DNA of 64,000 nt from Spirulina sp. (GCA_044070495.1 JBIPSI010000023.1:21321-85320); one strand, 5' to 3'. Positions 19,511 through 30,263 are shown, counted from the first letter of the stretch. Program-made: numbers and translations. The notes: generated from the letters alone by a model not told the origin.

Positions 19511-20464
19511 CTACTTGGGGGCGTTGGAAAATAGACGCCCCAGAAAACTTTTAGCAGGGGCCGTACTCCTAGGGGAAGGCGATTGGGTTGGAGCCGTGGG
19601 TTCGATATCGATCTTGAGCTGGCGTGCGTATTTTTGGGCAACGACGTTGTTGGGATCAATCCGCAGGGCTTGTTTGAAATGTACCTTGGCCATCCCTGGC
19701 AGCTTGTTCAGGAGATAAGCCTGCCCCATAAGCGAGTGAAAATTACTGTTTTTGGGTTCCAGCTTCAGGGCATCCCGCAGTTCTTGAATCGCCGCCGGAG
19801 CGTTCTTGCCTTGGAGGTACTCCCTAGCCCGCTGGTAGTGGCGGTCGGCATAGGCGGGAGCACTGTCAACGGCAGAACCCTGACCCATCGTTGCCTGACT
19901 GCCCCCCCCATCGCTAGGGGTGACGGTTCGGCCAGAAACGGGGGACTTCATTACCCCCACCCGTTTTTCGCGAATGATGGTTTCCCCCATCTTGCGCTGG
20001 AAATAGACCAGATTGAGCTCACTAATTCGGTGGGTGCAGGCCGTAAAGTCGTCCGCCGAATTGTACTGGGTGGCGCTGATTTCCTGGAGGGTATGCTCGT
20101 AGACCGTATCCACCTCCGCCTCGGGCACCGTCTGCAAATGTTGGCTCTCCTTGCCCTGGGGCTGGAACTGCCCCTCGCGCACCAGACGCCGCACTTTAAA
20201 CCGCAGTAGCGCCAAAATTTCGCTGCGCTGCTTTTCTTGCTTCAGACGTTGGTAGGCCGGATTGACCAACTTAGGTAGGGCTTGGTTGGCAAAGGCATCT
20301 GACTCCGATGAGGGATCATTCTGCACATCGGGGTGAAGCCGCTTGGCAACCTGATGGTAACGTTTCAAGATTCGTCGATCATCAGCGGTAACCGACACCC
20401 CTAGGACGGCGTAGGGGTCGGTAAACTGACTGAACCAAGCGGGGGAAAGCGGGGGATGGGTCAT
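19511..20464 (-). CDS. J-domain protein with C-terminal TPR repeats
   Basis: DPYAVLG...LHPD J domain and C-terminal TPRs. Confidence 0.87.
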   Translation of the reverse strand: MTHPPLSPAWFSQFTDPYAVLGVSVTADDRRILKRYHQVAKRLHPDVQNDPSSESDAFANQALPKLVNPAYQRLKQEKQRSEILALLRFKVRRLVREGQFQPQGKESQHLQTVPEAEVDTVYEHTLQEISATQYNSADDFTACTHRISELNLVYFQRKMGETIIREKRVGVMKSPVSGRTVTPSDGGGSQATMGQGSAVDSAPAYADRHYQRAREYLQGKNAPAAIQELRDALKLEPKNSNFHSLMGQAYLLNKLPGMAKVHFKQALRIDPNNVVAQKYARQLKIDIEPTAPTQSPSPRSTAPAKSFLGRLFSNAPK

Positions 20465-20684
20465 CCAGCGAGCATGATGGGGAGAAATGGGAAGCAATCG
20501 GTAATCATAAAGCCGCACCCTAGAGCTTATTCAGCGAGGCCGGTTACAGCCCTACGGCCATTATCACCAATCCCAGGGGAGAATGAGGGAATGAGGGAAC
20601 GAGGAAGCAACGCTTTTATGGAGAGTATACTAAATCCATACAGTCCTAACGGTGCCCGCCCTAGCCCCCTTGCGTGAGCGTCCC

Positions 20685-21065
20685 ATGGTGCTATCTCCCT
20701 CACAGCCTCGTCGTCGTAGCATTGCCGTTGCCCTCGCTTGGTTGGGGGTTGTCCTTGCGCCGGGACTACACAAGTTTTACCTCGGTCAGCCCGGTTGGGG
20801 AATTGCTTATCTGTTATTGAGTTGGACACCCATTCCCCGCGTGGCCTGCGCCTTGGAAGGGGCTTGGCTGTTAGGTCGCCCCCCAGAGTTTTTTGGGGCT
20901 GAACCCAAGGATCTTCCCAGCCCACCGTCCGCCCCCATCGACCCCAGCCAGGTCAACGCCCTGGGGGTGGCCCTGCGGGAACTGGATAGCCTGCGCCAGG
21001 AAGGGCTGATTTCTGAAGCCGAATTTGAGCAAAAGCGGCGGCAACTGCTGGAACGGGTGGGCTAA
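20685..21065 (+). CDS. TM2/NINE-domain protein with C-terminal SHOCT domain
   Basis: GLHKFYLGQ..WG..YLL and L..LRQEGLISEAEFEQKRRQLL. Confidence 0.85.
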   Translation: MVLSPSQPRRRSIAVALAWLGVVLAPGLHKFYLGQPGWGIAYLLLSWTPIPRVACALEGAWLLGRPPEFFGAEPKDLPSPPSAPIDPSQVNALGVALRELDSLRQEGLISEAEFEQKRRQLLERVG

Positions 21066-21616
21066 TGGGAGCGCTGGCACGGGTGATGCAGCAATGGCAG
21101 CGAATCCAGGGGCCAACGTCGTCCCTGGCCCAACGGTTAGCCCAAGACCCCACCTATCGCCTCACGTCCCTAGCTGAGGTCGCCCAGGCCGCTGAACTAG
21201 GCTTCCGGCTGGATGTGAATCGGGCTACGGTGGACGACTGGCTGCGGCTGCCGGGGGTTTCGATTCGTCAGGCCCAGGTTTTAGTGCATCTGCGTCAAAG
21301 CGGCGTCAGCTTCCATGCCCTAGAGGATGTGGCAGCGGCCCTAGGAGTATCACCCCAAACCCTTCAGCCCCTAGCGCCCGTCCTTTCCTTTTGTTACTAC
21401 GACGACCTTAGCCCCCTGGTGGTTCGTCCCGTCGCCATTAACCAAGCCACCCTGGCCGATTTGGGGCAGATACCCGATCTACCGATGCCCCTAGCCCAGG
21501 CCATGCTGCAAGAACGCCAACGCCGAGGGCCATTCCGCAGCATCGCCGACCTCCAGCGTCGCCTAGCTCTCCCCCCCGACACCATCGCCACCCTCATGCA
21601 CTACCTACGCTGTTAG
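21065..21616 (+). CDS. ComEA-like helix-hairpin-helix DNA-binding protein
   Basis: Two HhH domains (DVNRAT...LRLPG; INQAT...GPFRS). Confidence 0.83.
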   Translation: MGALARVMQQWQRIQGPTSSLAQRLAQDPTYRLTSLAEVAQAAELGFRLDVNRATVDDWLRLPGVSIRQAQVLVHLRQSGVSFHALEDVAAALGVSPQTLQPLAPVLSFCYYDDLSPLVVRPVAINQATLADLGQIPDLPMPLAQAMLQERQRRGPFRSIADLQRRLALPPDTIATLMHYLRC

Positions 21617-21630
21617 GGGATGTTCTGAAG

Positions 21631-22215
21631 TTAGTCACTCTCCATATTCAGCGCCACTAAATCGGGCATCAACTGCCGAAAGGCTATGCCTCGATGGCTG
21701 TGGGCCTCTTTTTCAGCGGGGGCCAGTTCCGCAAAGCTGCGCCCCAGTTCTGGCACATAGAAAATTGGGTCGTAGCCAAAGCCGCCATTCCCCTTGGGGG
21801 CGGTGAGAATTTCCCCTCGGCAGATGCCCAGGGTTTCTAGGGCAATCTCGCCATCGGGACGGGCTAGGGCAATGGCGCAGACAAACTGAGCACCGCGATC
21901 CGTTTCGCCCTCCAGTTCCCTTAGTACGCGCTCAATGCGAGTCTGGTCGGTGTCGGCGTAGCGGGCAGAATAGAGGCCGGGGGCACCCTCTAGGGCATCC
22001 ACCTCTAGGCCAGAATCATCGGCAATGGCCCACTGGCCTAGGGCTTTAGCAACTTCGGAGGCTTTCAGTCGAGCATTTTCCAGGAAAGTCGTCCCGGTTT
22101 CGTCGATATCTAATTGGTCGGGTTTAAGCTGCAAGCTCCAGGCCAAGTCACCTAGGTAGGCTTGCATTTCCTTCAGTTTTCCAGGATTACCAGTGGCAAC
22201 AACAACGGTAGGCAT
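21631..22215 (-). CDS. rdgB: Non-canonical purine NTP pyrophosphatase (RdgB/HAM1)
   Basis: ATGNPGK, ADDSGLEVDAL.GAPG.YSAR, GFGYDPIF, SHRG. Confidence 0.95.
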   Translation of the reverse strand: MPTVVVATGNPGKLKEMQAYLGDLAWSLQLKPDQLDIDETGTTFLENARLKASEVAKALGQWAIADDSGLEVDALEGAPGLYSARYADTDQTRIERVLRELEGETDRGAQFVCAIALARPDGEIALETLGICRGEILTAPKGNGGFGYDPIFYVPELGRSFAELAPAEKEAHSHRGIAFRQLMPDLVALNMESD

Positions 22216-22348
22216 AGGGGATGTCAATGATGGCGAGAGACAGATTGTAATGGACAACCGCTATTTCTATCCATCTCTCCTCCCCCTCGGCAAAATGTCA
22301 CACCCCTTCACCGCACAGGGCCGCTAAACCTGATAGCTTGGGGAAACA

Positions 22349-24121
22349 ATGCTCGCAGGTGTTTTCCCGTTGACCCACCCTCGCCGCCAAGGCTCAAACT
22401 ATTGGATCCTCGCCCCCTACGTGCGGCAGCAGTGGCCCACCATTGCCAAGGCCATGTTTGGCACATTGATTTTTGTGGGCTATTGGCCAATTTTGGCCTG
22501 GTTGTCGGGGCAGGTATTGGCGCTGCTGGCGGAGGGCAACGTTCCGGCGGTGTCGCGGCTGATTGCCATTACCATGGCGGGCTTTGCGGTGCAGAAGGTG
22601 GGCCAATACATCCAGGATTCCTTCATGTCCAAGGCCGCCCTGGAGGTGGCCTTCAAGGTGCGGCGACAGGTCTATACCCACATCCATAGCCTGAGCCTGT
22701 CCTACTTCGAGCGCAGCCAAACCGGAGATTTGGCCTACCGCCTGACGGAAGATATCGACCGCATCGGGGAGGTGGTGCTGAAGCTCTTCCACGATTTCAT
22801 CCCCTCCATGCTGCAACTGATTGTGGTGGTGGGCTATATGGTTTACCTCAACTGGCAGCTCACCCTCACGGCGATGGTGCTGATTCCCTTGCTGGCGGTG
22901 CTGGCGGGCTGGTTTGGCAACCAAATGCTGAAGTCCTCCCGTCGCAGCCAAAACCTGGTGTCGGATTTGTCCTCCTTGGTCACGGAGGTGTTCAGCGGTA
23001 TTCGCCTCGTCCGCGCCTTTGCCGCCGAAGACTACGAAATCGAGCGCTTCACCCAGGAGGCCGAAAAGAACCGCCAAGCCAAGTACCGAGCGGCATGGCT
23101 CCAGGCGGTGCAGTACCCCGTGGTGGGCTTCCTCTACGGCCTGGTGGTGGTAATGATTTTGCTGATGGGCACCTGGCAAATTTCCCAGGGCAACCTGACG
23201 GGAGCCTCCTTCGGGAGCTACGTGATCGCCGCCCTGATGCTGATCGACCCCGTCAACCACTTCATCCACAACTACAGCGAATTCAAACAGGGGGAAGCCT
23301 CTGTAGACCGCATTGTGGAACTGCTGGACATCGAACCTGCCGTGCGCGAACTGCCCAACGCCATCGAAATGCCCCCGGTCACCGGACGGGTCGAGTACCG
23401 CAACGTCACCTTTGGCTACGATCCGGCGGAACCTATCCTGAAAAACCTGGATTTGGTGGCGCTCCCCGGCGAAAAGATCGCCCTCGTCGGCGCGTCCGGG
23501 GCCGGAAAATCTACCCTGGTCAACCTCCTACCCCGCTTCTATGATCCCCAAGCGGGCCAAATCCTGATTGATGATGTTGATGTGGCCACGGTGTCCCTCC
23601 GCAGCCTGCGCCGCCAAATCGGCATCGTGCCCCAGGAAAATACGCTGTTTTCGGGCACCATCGCCCAAAATATCGCCTTTGGCCAAAAGGACTTCGATAT
23701 CCAGGCCGTGGAAGACGCGGCCCGCATCGCCAATGCCCACGGTTTCATCAGCCAGTTTTCCCAGGGCTACTACACCTGGGTGGGCGAACGGGGGGTGAAC
23801 CTCTCCGGTGGTCAACGGCAACGGGTGGCCATCGCCAGGGCCGTGCTGCTCAATCCTCGCATTCTGATTTTGGACGAAGCCACCTCCGCCCTGGATGCCG
23901 AATCGGAAGCCTTGGTGCAGGAAGCCCTAGAACGCATCATGCGCGACCGCACCGTGTTCATCATCGCCCACCGACTGGCCACCGTGCGCCGCGCCGACCG
24001 CATTCTGGTGATCGAAAAGGGCCAAATCATCGAATCCGGCACCCACAGCGAACTGCTGGCCCAAAAAAGCCGCTACGCCCAGTTCTATGCCCAACAGTTT
24101 GCGGTGGAAAGCCAACCTTAG
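22349..24121 (+). CDS. ABC exporter, fused TMD-NBD (MsbA-like)
   Basis: Multi-TM N-terminus, GASGAGKST, LSGGQRQR, LDEATSALD, IAHRL. Confidence 0.93.
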   Translation: MLAGVFPLTHPRRQGSNYWILAPYVRQQWPTIAKAMFGTLIFVGYWPILAWLSGQVLALLAEGNVPAVSRLIAITMAGFAVQKVGQYIQDSFMSKAALEVAFKVRRQVYTHIHSLSLSYFERSQTGDLAYRLTEDIDRIGEVVLKLFHDFIPSMLQLIVVVGYMVYLNWQLTLTAMVLIPLLAVLAGWFGNQMLKSSRRSQNLVSDLSSLVTEVFSGIRLVRAFAAEDYEIERFTQEAEKNRQAKYRAAWLQAVQYPVVGFLYGLVVVMILLMGTWQISQGNLTGASFGSYVIAALMLIDPVNHFIHNYSEFKQGEASVDRIVELLDIEPAVRELPNAIEMPPVTGRVEYRNVTFGYDPAEPILKNLDLVALPGEKIALVGASGAGKSTLVNLLPRFYDPQAGQILIDDVDVATVSLRSLRRQIGIVPQENTLFSGTIAQNIAFGQKDFDIQAVEDAARIANAHGFISQFSQGYYTWVGERGVNLSGGQRQRVAIARAVLLNPRILILDEATSALDAESEALVQEALERIMRDRTVFIIAHRLATVRRADRILVIEKGQIIESGTHSELLAQKSRYAQFYAQQFAVESQP

Positions 24122-24297
24122 CAACAACCAAACTTGAGACTGGGTAATGTAACTCCCTGAAGCCTGTCTACCTGACACAATACCTCCAATTTCTACCCAA
24201 CCCAACCGTCTGGGCTAGGTCTCCTCGCCGTTCCAAACCAAAGGTCATCAGGACTTCCTGGGACAGGACTTTCTGTGAGCAGGTCGCTCGAACCCCC

Positions 24298-24936
24298 CTA
24301 GCGGCCCAAATCGTGGAGGGTGTGAATGGCCTCGGCGCACTGGGCCGTGACCGCCTCTAGGGCATCGCGTTTGGTGGTGGCGGGGGCGGCGATGGGTTCG
24401 CCAATGCGAATGGTGAGGGGAACCGGGCGCGGAAAGGCTGACTTGCCAGAAGCAATGCCGTGGTTGCCCCAAATGCTAACGGGCAGGAGATCGGCTCCGG
24501 CCTTGGCGGCGATCATGGCGGCTCCAATTTTGGGGTTGGGGATGCGGCCATCGGCGGTGCGGGTGCCCTCTAGGAAAATACCCACCGCCCAGCCTTGCTC
24601 CAATTGCTTGAGGGCTTCTCGGATGGCGCTGCGGTCGGCACTGCCCCGCTTAACGGGGTAGGCTCCGTAGAGGGTGATCGCCTGCTTGAGGACAGGCACC
24701 TGGAACAGTTCCTCCTTGGCCATGTAGGACACGGGACGGCGCACGGCGGCGGAGAGTAGCGGTGGGTCGAAGTCGCTGGCGTGGTTGGCCACCACCAGAA
24801 GCTTGCCCTTTTGCGGTACGTTTTCGGCCCCGTAGACCCGCCCCCGAAAGTAGGTGTGGAACAGCGGGCTGACCACCGACCACTTGAACAGGTGGTATAG
24901 CAGCAGGTTAACGGCGGGTTCGCGGTCGCGGGCCAT
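24298..24936 (-). CDS. plsC: 1-acyl-sn-glycerol-3-phosphate acyltransferase
   Basis: NHASDFD (HX4D), AKEELF, F.EGTR; downstream of fabD. Confidence 0.92.
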   Translation of the reverse strand: MARDREPAVNLLLYHLFKWSVVSPLFHTYFRGRVYGAENVPQKGKLLVVANHASDFDPPLLSAAVRRPVSYMAKEELFQVPVLKQAITLYGAYPVKRGSADRSAIREALKQLEQGWAVGIFLEGTRTADGRIPNPKIGAAMIAAKAGADLLPVSIWGNHGIASGKSAFPRPVPLTIRIGEPIAAPATTKRDALEAVTAQCAEAIHTLHDLGR

Positions 24937-24964
24937 GGGCAAGTCCTCAGGAGTGTCCGGGATG

Positions 24965-25058
24965 GTAGGGTAGGCATCCTGCCTGCTAATCGTAGAGGGC
25001 AGGCCTCTCGTCTGCGATGGGCAGCCTGCGATGAGAACAGCCAAGATGGCTGTTCTAC
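24965..25058. repeat. Cluster of GTAG-type REP-like palindromes in inverted arrangement
   Basis: GTAGGGTAGGCATCCTGCCTGC (identical to 53699-53720) and, on minus, GTAGAACAGCCATCTTGGCTGTTCT. Confidence 0.75.
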
Positions 25059-25104
25059 CTGGGCTTTTTGCCTTAAACGTTCGGGAACGTTCGGTCTTTT
25101 GAGC

Positions 25105-25992
25105 CTAGCCCTGGGTTTCGAGTTGATCTAGAGTGCCCACATTCACCAGGGCTAGATCCTTGCAGGTGCGCTTAATCAGTCCGGTGAGCACATTCCCTGG
25201 CCCCACTTCGACCACGGTATCAATGCCAATTTCGGGCAGGGTGAGGCTAATTTCCCGCCAGCGCACCGACCCGGTCATTTGCTGGATGAGGCGCTGTTTG
25301 AGCACTGCGCCCTCAGTGGCGGGGGTGGGGTCTACGTTGGAGAGTACGGGCACCTGGGCATCCTGAAACGCAACGGGTTCCAGCACCGCCGTAAAGGTTT
25401 CCGCCGCCGGGGCCATCAGGGGCGAGTGGAAGGCTCCGCTGACGTTGAGCTTCACCGCCCGCTTGGCTTTCACGCTGGCCATCACCGCTTCCACCGCCGC
25501 CGGAGTACCGGAGATCACGACCTGGCCAGGGTTGTTGTCGTTGGCGAGGACGGCCCCAGGGTTGGCCGCTAGCTGGGCGGTGAGGTCGTCCATATCAAAG
25601 CCCAGCAGGGCCGCCATCATGCCATCGGAGGCCGCAGCCATCAGTTCTGATCGCTGTTTAACCAAGGATAGCCCCGTGGCAAAGTCAAACACCCCAGCGG
25701 CGTAGAGGGCCACGTATTCCCCCAGGCTGTGCCCTGCCACGGCGTTGGGGGCTTGGCCGCGCTCCTTCAGTAAATCCACCAGCAGGCTTTCCAGCACGTA
25801 TAGGCAGGGCTGGGTGTAGCGGGTGCTGGAGACCTTGTCCTCGGCGTCTTGAATCACCTCCGGCACCGACCACCCTAGCACCGCCTCCGCCTCGGTAAAG
25901 CGAGCCTTAGCCTGGGGTAACTCGGCTAAGTCCATCCCCATGCCCACGGACTGCGAACCCTGCCCCGGAAAAACCCACGCTGCTTTGGCCAT
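25105..25992 (-). CDS. fabD: Malonyl-CoA:ACP transacylase
   Basis: FPGQGSQ, TQP, GHSLGE, VSGAFHS, EVGPG. Confidence 0.96.
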   Translation of the reverse strand: MAKAAWVFPGQGSQSVGMGMDLAELPQAKARFTEAEAVLGWSVPEVIQDAEDKVSSTRYTQPCLYVLESLLVDLLKERGQAPNAVAGHSLGEYVALYAAGVFDFATGLSLVKQRSELMAAASDGMMAALLGFDMDDLTAQLAANPGAVLANDNNPGQVVISGTPAAVEAVMASVKAKRAVKLNVSGAFHSPLMAPAAETFTAVLEPVAFQDAQVPVLSNVDPTPATEGAVLKQRLIQQMTGSVRWREISLTLPEIGIDTVVEVGPGNVLTGLIKRTCKDLALVNVGTLDQLETQG

Positions 25993-26189
25993 CTCTTCCT
26001 TCACCTTATCTATGCTGACGCTGCCGTGCCCACCAGGTCTGGGGGCCTGAACATTACGGCGTAATGAGGTTAATGTCTCACAAAACCGTTCACCCAGAAC
26101 AGATTTCCCTGGCTCCGAGAAGTCTATCTGGGGGGTGAGGACGGCTCTACCCTAGGGCATAAATCGTCTTGAAATGGAGCGTCTAAGGA

Positions 26190-28865
26190 TTGGGCCTGGT
26201 TAGACTAGGCGATGATTCTGCCCAAGCTTCTAGCCAAACTGTTGTCATCGCTATCGAGTGTGCCGTGAACCCTAATCCTGCTTCTCCGACCTTAGGTCTC
26301 CCCGTGCCCCAGTGGACCAGTGACCATCAGGGAGTGTACCTAGAACTGACCGAAACCCAGAAGTTGATGGAATGGGCCGAGGCCGTAGGTCACACAGACG
26401 ACACCATTTTTCACCAGGGGCAAACCTATGCCCGCCGACTGGGGGCACACTATCGAGAGGATGGGCTAACGGAATTTGGCTTTTGGACACCGGAACTAGC
26501 CGCCGAGGTGATTCAGTCGGAGCGTACCCTGGAGTTGGAAATCCTAACGCCGCTCCAGCCGATTGATTTTCGGGCCGATCAGCAAACCATAGACTTTAAG
26601 CGGGAGCGCATCCCGGTGATGCAGCAGGGGGAATACGTGTGGGCCGTGGTGGCGGGGCTAACACCGGGCACCCGTGATCAGGCCGGATGCTTCTACTGGC
26701 TGCGCTACGTCGATCCCGAAGGGCGGGAGCACCCGATTCGTGACCCTCTAGCCTACTCCCTGCCCTACGGCGTGTTTGCCCCAGCAGAACTCTACGATAT
26801 GGATCGTCTCCAGCGGGAACGGGCCGATCTCGCCTACCTGCAAAGCACCGCCGCCCGTGGGGAGGATGGGGAAATTCCCCGCCTGCCACCCCCCACCAAC
26901 ATTCTGCAGATCCACGTGAAGACCTCCAGCCCAGAGGGTTCCGTGGAGGGCTTAACCCGCATCTACCGCACCATTTCCGACAAACTGGCCAAGGGAGAGG
27001 CCCTAACGGCGGCAGAGACGGCCTACGTGGGCTATGAGGCTGTGCAACTGTTGCCCGTAGAACCCACCATTGAATATCGGCGGGAGGACACCAACCTCGA
27101 CCACGAATTTTTTGCCGTCGTGGGCCTTGGCTATCCAGAAAAGTCCCCGCTCGAAGATGCCATTGAAGACGCCCTTGAAAGTGCCATTGAGGCCACCGCT
27201 GAGGATGCTGCCGAGGAAGACACCGAACCCATCACCCTCACCGTGACCCTACGCCAGCCCAATACCCAAAACTGGGGCTACGATGTGCCGATTTTGGGTT
27301 CCGCCGCCACCAACCCCGCCGTGCTTGGCAGCCTGCGCCCCGATGAAATGGTGGATTTAATCGCCACCCTGCACAATTTTTCCCAGGGGCCGATTCAGGT
27401 GATTTACGACCTCGTCTATGGCCACGCCGACAACCAGGCCCTAGAACTGTTGCCCCAGCAGTTTTTCAAAGGGCCGAATATGTACGGCCAAGACCTTAAC
27501 CACCAACTGCCTCAGGTGCGCGCCATTTTGCTAGAGATGCAGCGGCGCAAGCTCAACACTGGGGTGGATGGTATTCGGGTCGATGGCGGGCAAGATTTTC
27601 GCTTCTTTAACCCTCTCAGCGGGCGGGTGGAACACGACGACATGTACCTGATTGCCATGAGCGACGTGGTGCAGGACATTGAAGGCCATCAGCGGCTGAT
27701 GTTCACCATTTTTGAGGACGGGCGACCCTGGCCGGAGGAGGGCTGGGAGGAAAAATCCACCTACCGCGAACTGATGGAGGCCAAGCCCGGATCCTTCCAG
27801 TGGGGGCCGCTGATTTTTGCCCACAATACCCCCACCCTAAAGGGCTTTTGGGATTACAAATGGCAGCGGGTTTGCGAAGTCATCACCCAGGGCGACCACT
27901 GGATTACCGGCTGCGGCAACCACGATACCGTACGACGCGGCAACCAAATTGACCCCAGCGCCGACATCAACTGGAACCTGGGCGACACCCTGCCCAGCGC
28001 CCTAAACCGGGCCTACAACAATCCGGCCACATTGCTCTGGGTGCATGGCTTCAGTCCTGGGTTGCCCATGGATTTCCTCAACGCCTGCCTGGAAACGCCC
28101 TGGGGGTTTTTCCGCAATACCGACGACCGCTACGGCGTCAAGGTTGTGGCCGAAGAGGTGGGCTTTTTAGACTGGGAAATTGAGCCAGACTTCTACGCCC
28201 GACCCGACACCTTCCCCCAACTCAAAGCCCTGGGGTTTGAGAGCCTGCCATCGCTGCAAGACTTCGCCAAGGCTCTACAAACCGCCATGGTAGAAACCGA
28301 CTACGACCTAGAGGCCGTCGCCCAAATTTGTCAGGGTTGCCTCGGTCAGGGGGCCGATGGTCAAACCTGCACCGTCCCGGCCCTGGGGGATATCAACCAG
28401 CCCGGACTACCGGATTTTCTGATGAACTTAGACGTGCCACGCCTAAAGCAGTTTGCCATGGCCTTTATGGAGGATGGCCACGATAGCTGCAACGTGGTGC
28501 ATTCCGCCGACCAGGTTGATCCAGAACGAGCCGTCTTTGCCCTTGCCCTACGACAGTTTCGGCAGGAGCGGCCCTGGCTGCGGCAAAACCTCAGCGGCAG
28601 CGACCGTTTCAACCGCATCAGCGAACCCACCCACACCCTGTTCTACGGCCACCGCACCCAACCCACGGGCGAAGACGCGGTAGTGATGATCACCCACATG
28701 GGTGGCGACCCCGTCACCGTCACCCTGGGCGACTGGCTTCAGCTTGACCTCAGCGAATGGCAGGTGGCCCTCGCGACCCCCGGCCTCGTCCCCGATTCTC
28801 TCCAGCAATTTGAGATCCAGGATGGCCAAGGCCTGCTGCTTATCCCCCGACCGATGGAGGGCTAA
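26190..28865 (+). CDS. gghA: Glucosylglycerol hydrolase (Slr1670-like, GH13-related); true start may be slightly downstream
   Basis: RLGAHYR.DGLTE.GFW.PEL, NWGYD, DLVYGHAD, GIRVDG.QD, NHDT motifs as I recall them for cyanobacterial GghA. Confidence 0.8.
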   Translation: MGLVRLGDDSAQASSQTVVIAIECAVNPNPASPTLGLPVPQWTSDHQGVYLELTETQKLMEWAEAVGHTDDTIFHQGQTYARRLGAHYREDGLTEFGFWTPELAAEVIQSERTLELEILTPLQPIDFRADQQTIDFKRERIPVMQQGEYVWAVVAGLTPGTRDQAGCFYWLRYVDPEGREHPIRDPLAYSLPYGVFAPAELYDMDRLQRERADLAYLQSTAARGEDGEIPRLPPPTNILQIHVKTSSPEGSVEGLTRIYRTISDKLAKGEALTAAETAYVGYEAVQLLPVEPTIEYRREDTNLDHEFFAVVGLGYPEKSPLEDAIEDALESAIEATAEDAAEEDTEPITLTVTLRQPNTQNWGYDVPILGSAATNPAVLGSLRPDEMVDLIATLHNFSQGPIQVIYDLVYGHADNQALELLPQQFFKGPNMYGQDLNHQLPQVRAILLEMQRRKLNTGVDGIRVDGGQDFRFFNPLSGRVEHDDMYLIAMSDVVQDIEGHQRLMFTIFEDGRPWPEEGWEEKSTYRELMEAKPGSFQWGPLIFAHNTPTLKGFWDYKWQRVCEVITQGDHWITGCGNHDTVRRGNQIDPSADINWNLGDTLPSALNRAYNNPATLLWVHGFSPGLPMDFLNACLETPWGFFRNTDDRYGVKVVAEEVGFLDWEIEPDFYARPDTFPQLKALGFESLPSLQDFAKALQTAMVETDYDLEAVAQICQGCLGQGADGQTCTVPALGDINQPGLPDFLMNLDVPRLKQFAMAFMEDGHDSCNVVHSADQVDPERAVFALALRQFRQERPWLRQNLSGSDRFNRISEPTHTLFYGHRTQPTGEDAVVMITHMGGDPVTVTLGDWLQLDLSEWQVALATPGLVPDSLQQFEIQDGQGLLLIPRPMEG

Positions 28866-29887
28866 TAGCGAATGCGGGGGTCGATGTAGGCGTTTAGAAT
28901 ATCAATGGCGATGCTGATCACCGCCACAATCATGCCGAAGAACACCATTAACCCCTGCACCACCGGATAATCCCGCTGGGAGATGGCTTCATAGAGGCGA
29001 TTGGCCAAGCCGGGCCAGGAGAAGGTGACTTCGGTCAGCACCGCACCGCCCAGCATGGAGGCAAAGGTCAGCCCTAGGATGGTAATCACCGGAATTAGGG
29101 CATTTTTGAGGGCATGAACTAGGACAATCCGCCGCTCTGGGATGCCCCTGGCGCGGGCCGCTTCCACATAGTCTGCCGTGAGGGTTTGCTTGAGGTTGAC
29201 CCGCACCATACGCTCAAACACACCGCTAATCAGCACCCCCAGGGTGAGGCTGGGCAGGGCTAGGTAATAGATTGTGGTGGCAAAAGCCCCTAAATCAAAG
29301 GTGAGCAGGCTATCCAGCAGATACAATCCCGTGGGGCCAGCGGGCGGCGTACCCTGGAGGGGATAGCGGGTGCCGATGGGAAACCAGCGCAACTGCACCG
29401 CAAAAATAAGCTGCAAAATCATGCCAAACCAATACATCGGAATGGCGTAGGTGATGATGCCAAACAGCCGCCCCCCGGCATCGAGGGCCGAGTTGGGCCG
29501 CGAGGCGGAAATTACCCCCACCGTTACCCCCACCACCGTGGCCACAATCATGCCGCACAGGGCCAGTTCCACCGTGGCCGGAAAGTGGGCGCGAATGATG
29601 GCCCACACCGTTTGCCCCTGGGTGGCGATGGAAGTACCCAAATCAAACCGCAGCAGTTGGCCCAGGTAGTCGATATATTGCGCCCACAGGGGTTGATCCA
29701 GCCCCAACTGTGCCCGTAGCTGATCCTTCGCCGCCGCCGGAGCCCGCGCCCCCAGCAGGGCATCCACCGGATCGCCGGGGGTGGCCCGCAGCAGCAAAAA
29801 CACCACCGTGGTAATCGTCCAGATCATCAACGGGGCTAGCATCAGTCGGGTGAGGACGTAGTAGCGCAGGGCGGCAGAGCGGGACAT
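28862..29887 (-). CDS. Peptide/nickel ABC transporter permease (DppB/OppB-like)
   Basis: PGDP, LGLDQP, ARARG...HALKNA EAA loop, RDYPVVQG. Confidence 0.92.
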   Translation of the reverse strand: MSRSAALRYYVLTRLMLAPLMIWTITTVVFLLLRATPGDPVDALLGARAPAAAKDQLRAQLGLDQPLWAQYIDYLGQLLRFDLGTSIATQGQTVWAIIRAHFPATVELALCGMIVATVVGVTVGVISASRPNSALDAGGRLFGIITYAIPMYWFGMILQLIFAVQLRWFPIGTRYPLQGTPPAGPTGLYLLDSLLTFDLGAFATTIYYLALPSLTLGVLISGVFERMVRVNLKQTLTADYVEAARARGIPERRIVLVHALKNALIPVITILGLTFASMLGGAVLTEVTFSWPGLANRLYEAISQRDYPVVQGLMVFFGMIVAVISIAIDILNAYIDPRIRY

Positions 29888-29894
29888 GGGGGTG

Positions 29895-29922
29895 GGTTAT
29901 TGGTTATTGGTTATTGGTTATT
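29895..29922. repeat. STRR-type heptamer tandem repeat (GGTTATT x4)
   Basis: Read directly; overlaps the thioredoxin stop codon. Confidence 0.85.
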
Positions 29923-30263
29923 GCGCCGCTGGTGATGAGGGTTTCTAGTTTGGCGGCGAGGTCTTCCTTGGCGGCAACCCCTTCAATGGTGGCGACGCGC
30001 GCGCCTTTGTTGAAGAAGATCAGGGTGGGGATGGCCATCACATGGTACTGAAGGGCCAGGGCGTCTTCTTCATCGACGTTGAGCTTGGCCACCTTGGCTC
30101 GGCCCGCAAAGGTTTCCGCCAGTTCTTCCACAATCGGGTTCATGATGCGGCAGGGGCCACACCAGGCTGCCCAAAAATCAACCAGAACCGGAACATCGCT
30201 CTGAAGCACTTCGGCGTCAAAGTTGTCCGCCGTGATCGTGAGGTACTGGGCATGGTCTGCCAT
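29904..30263 (-). CDS. trxA: Thioredoxin
   Basis: VDFWAAWCGPC active site, IPT cis-Pro motif, RBS AAGGAG. Confidence 0.93.
   Translation of the reverse strand: MADHAQYLTITADNFDAEVLQSDVPVLVDFWAAWCGPCRIMNPIVEELAETFAGRAKVAKLNVDEEDALALQYHVMAIPTLIFFNKGARVATIEGVAAKEDLAAKLETLITSGAITNNQ

Noticed and set aside
24937..25044. N-terminal extension of PlsC given in the ORF track
   Set aside because: It runs through a REP cluster; the conserved start is at 24936.
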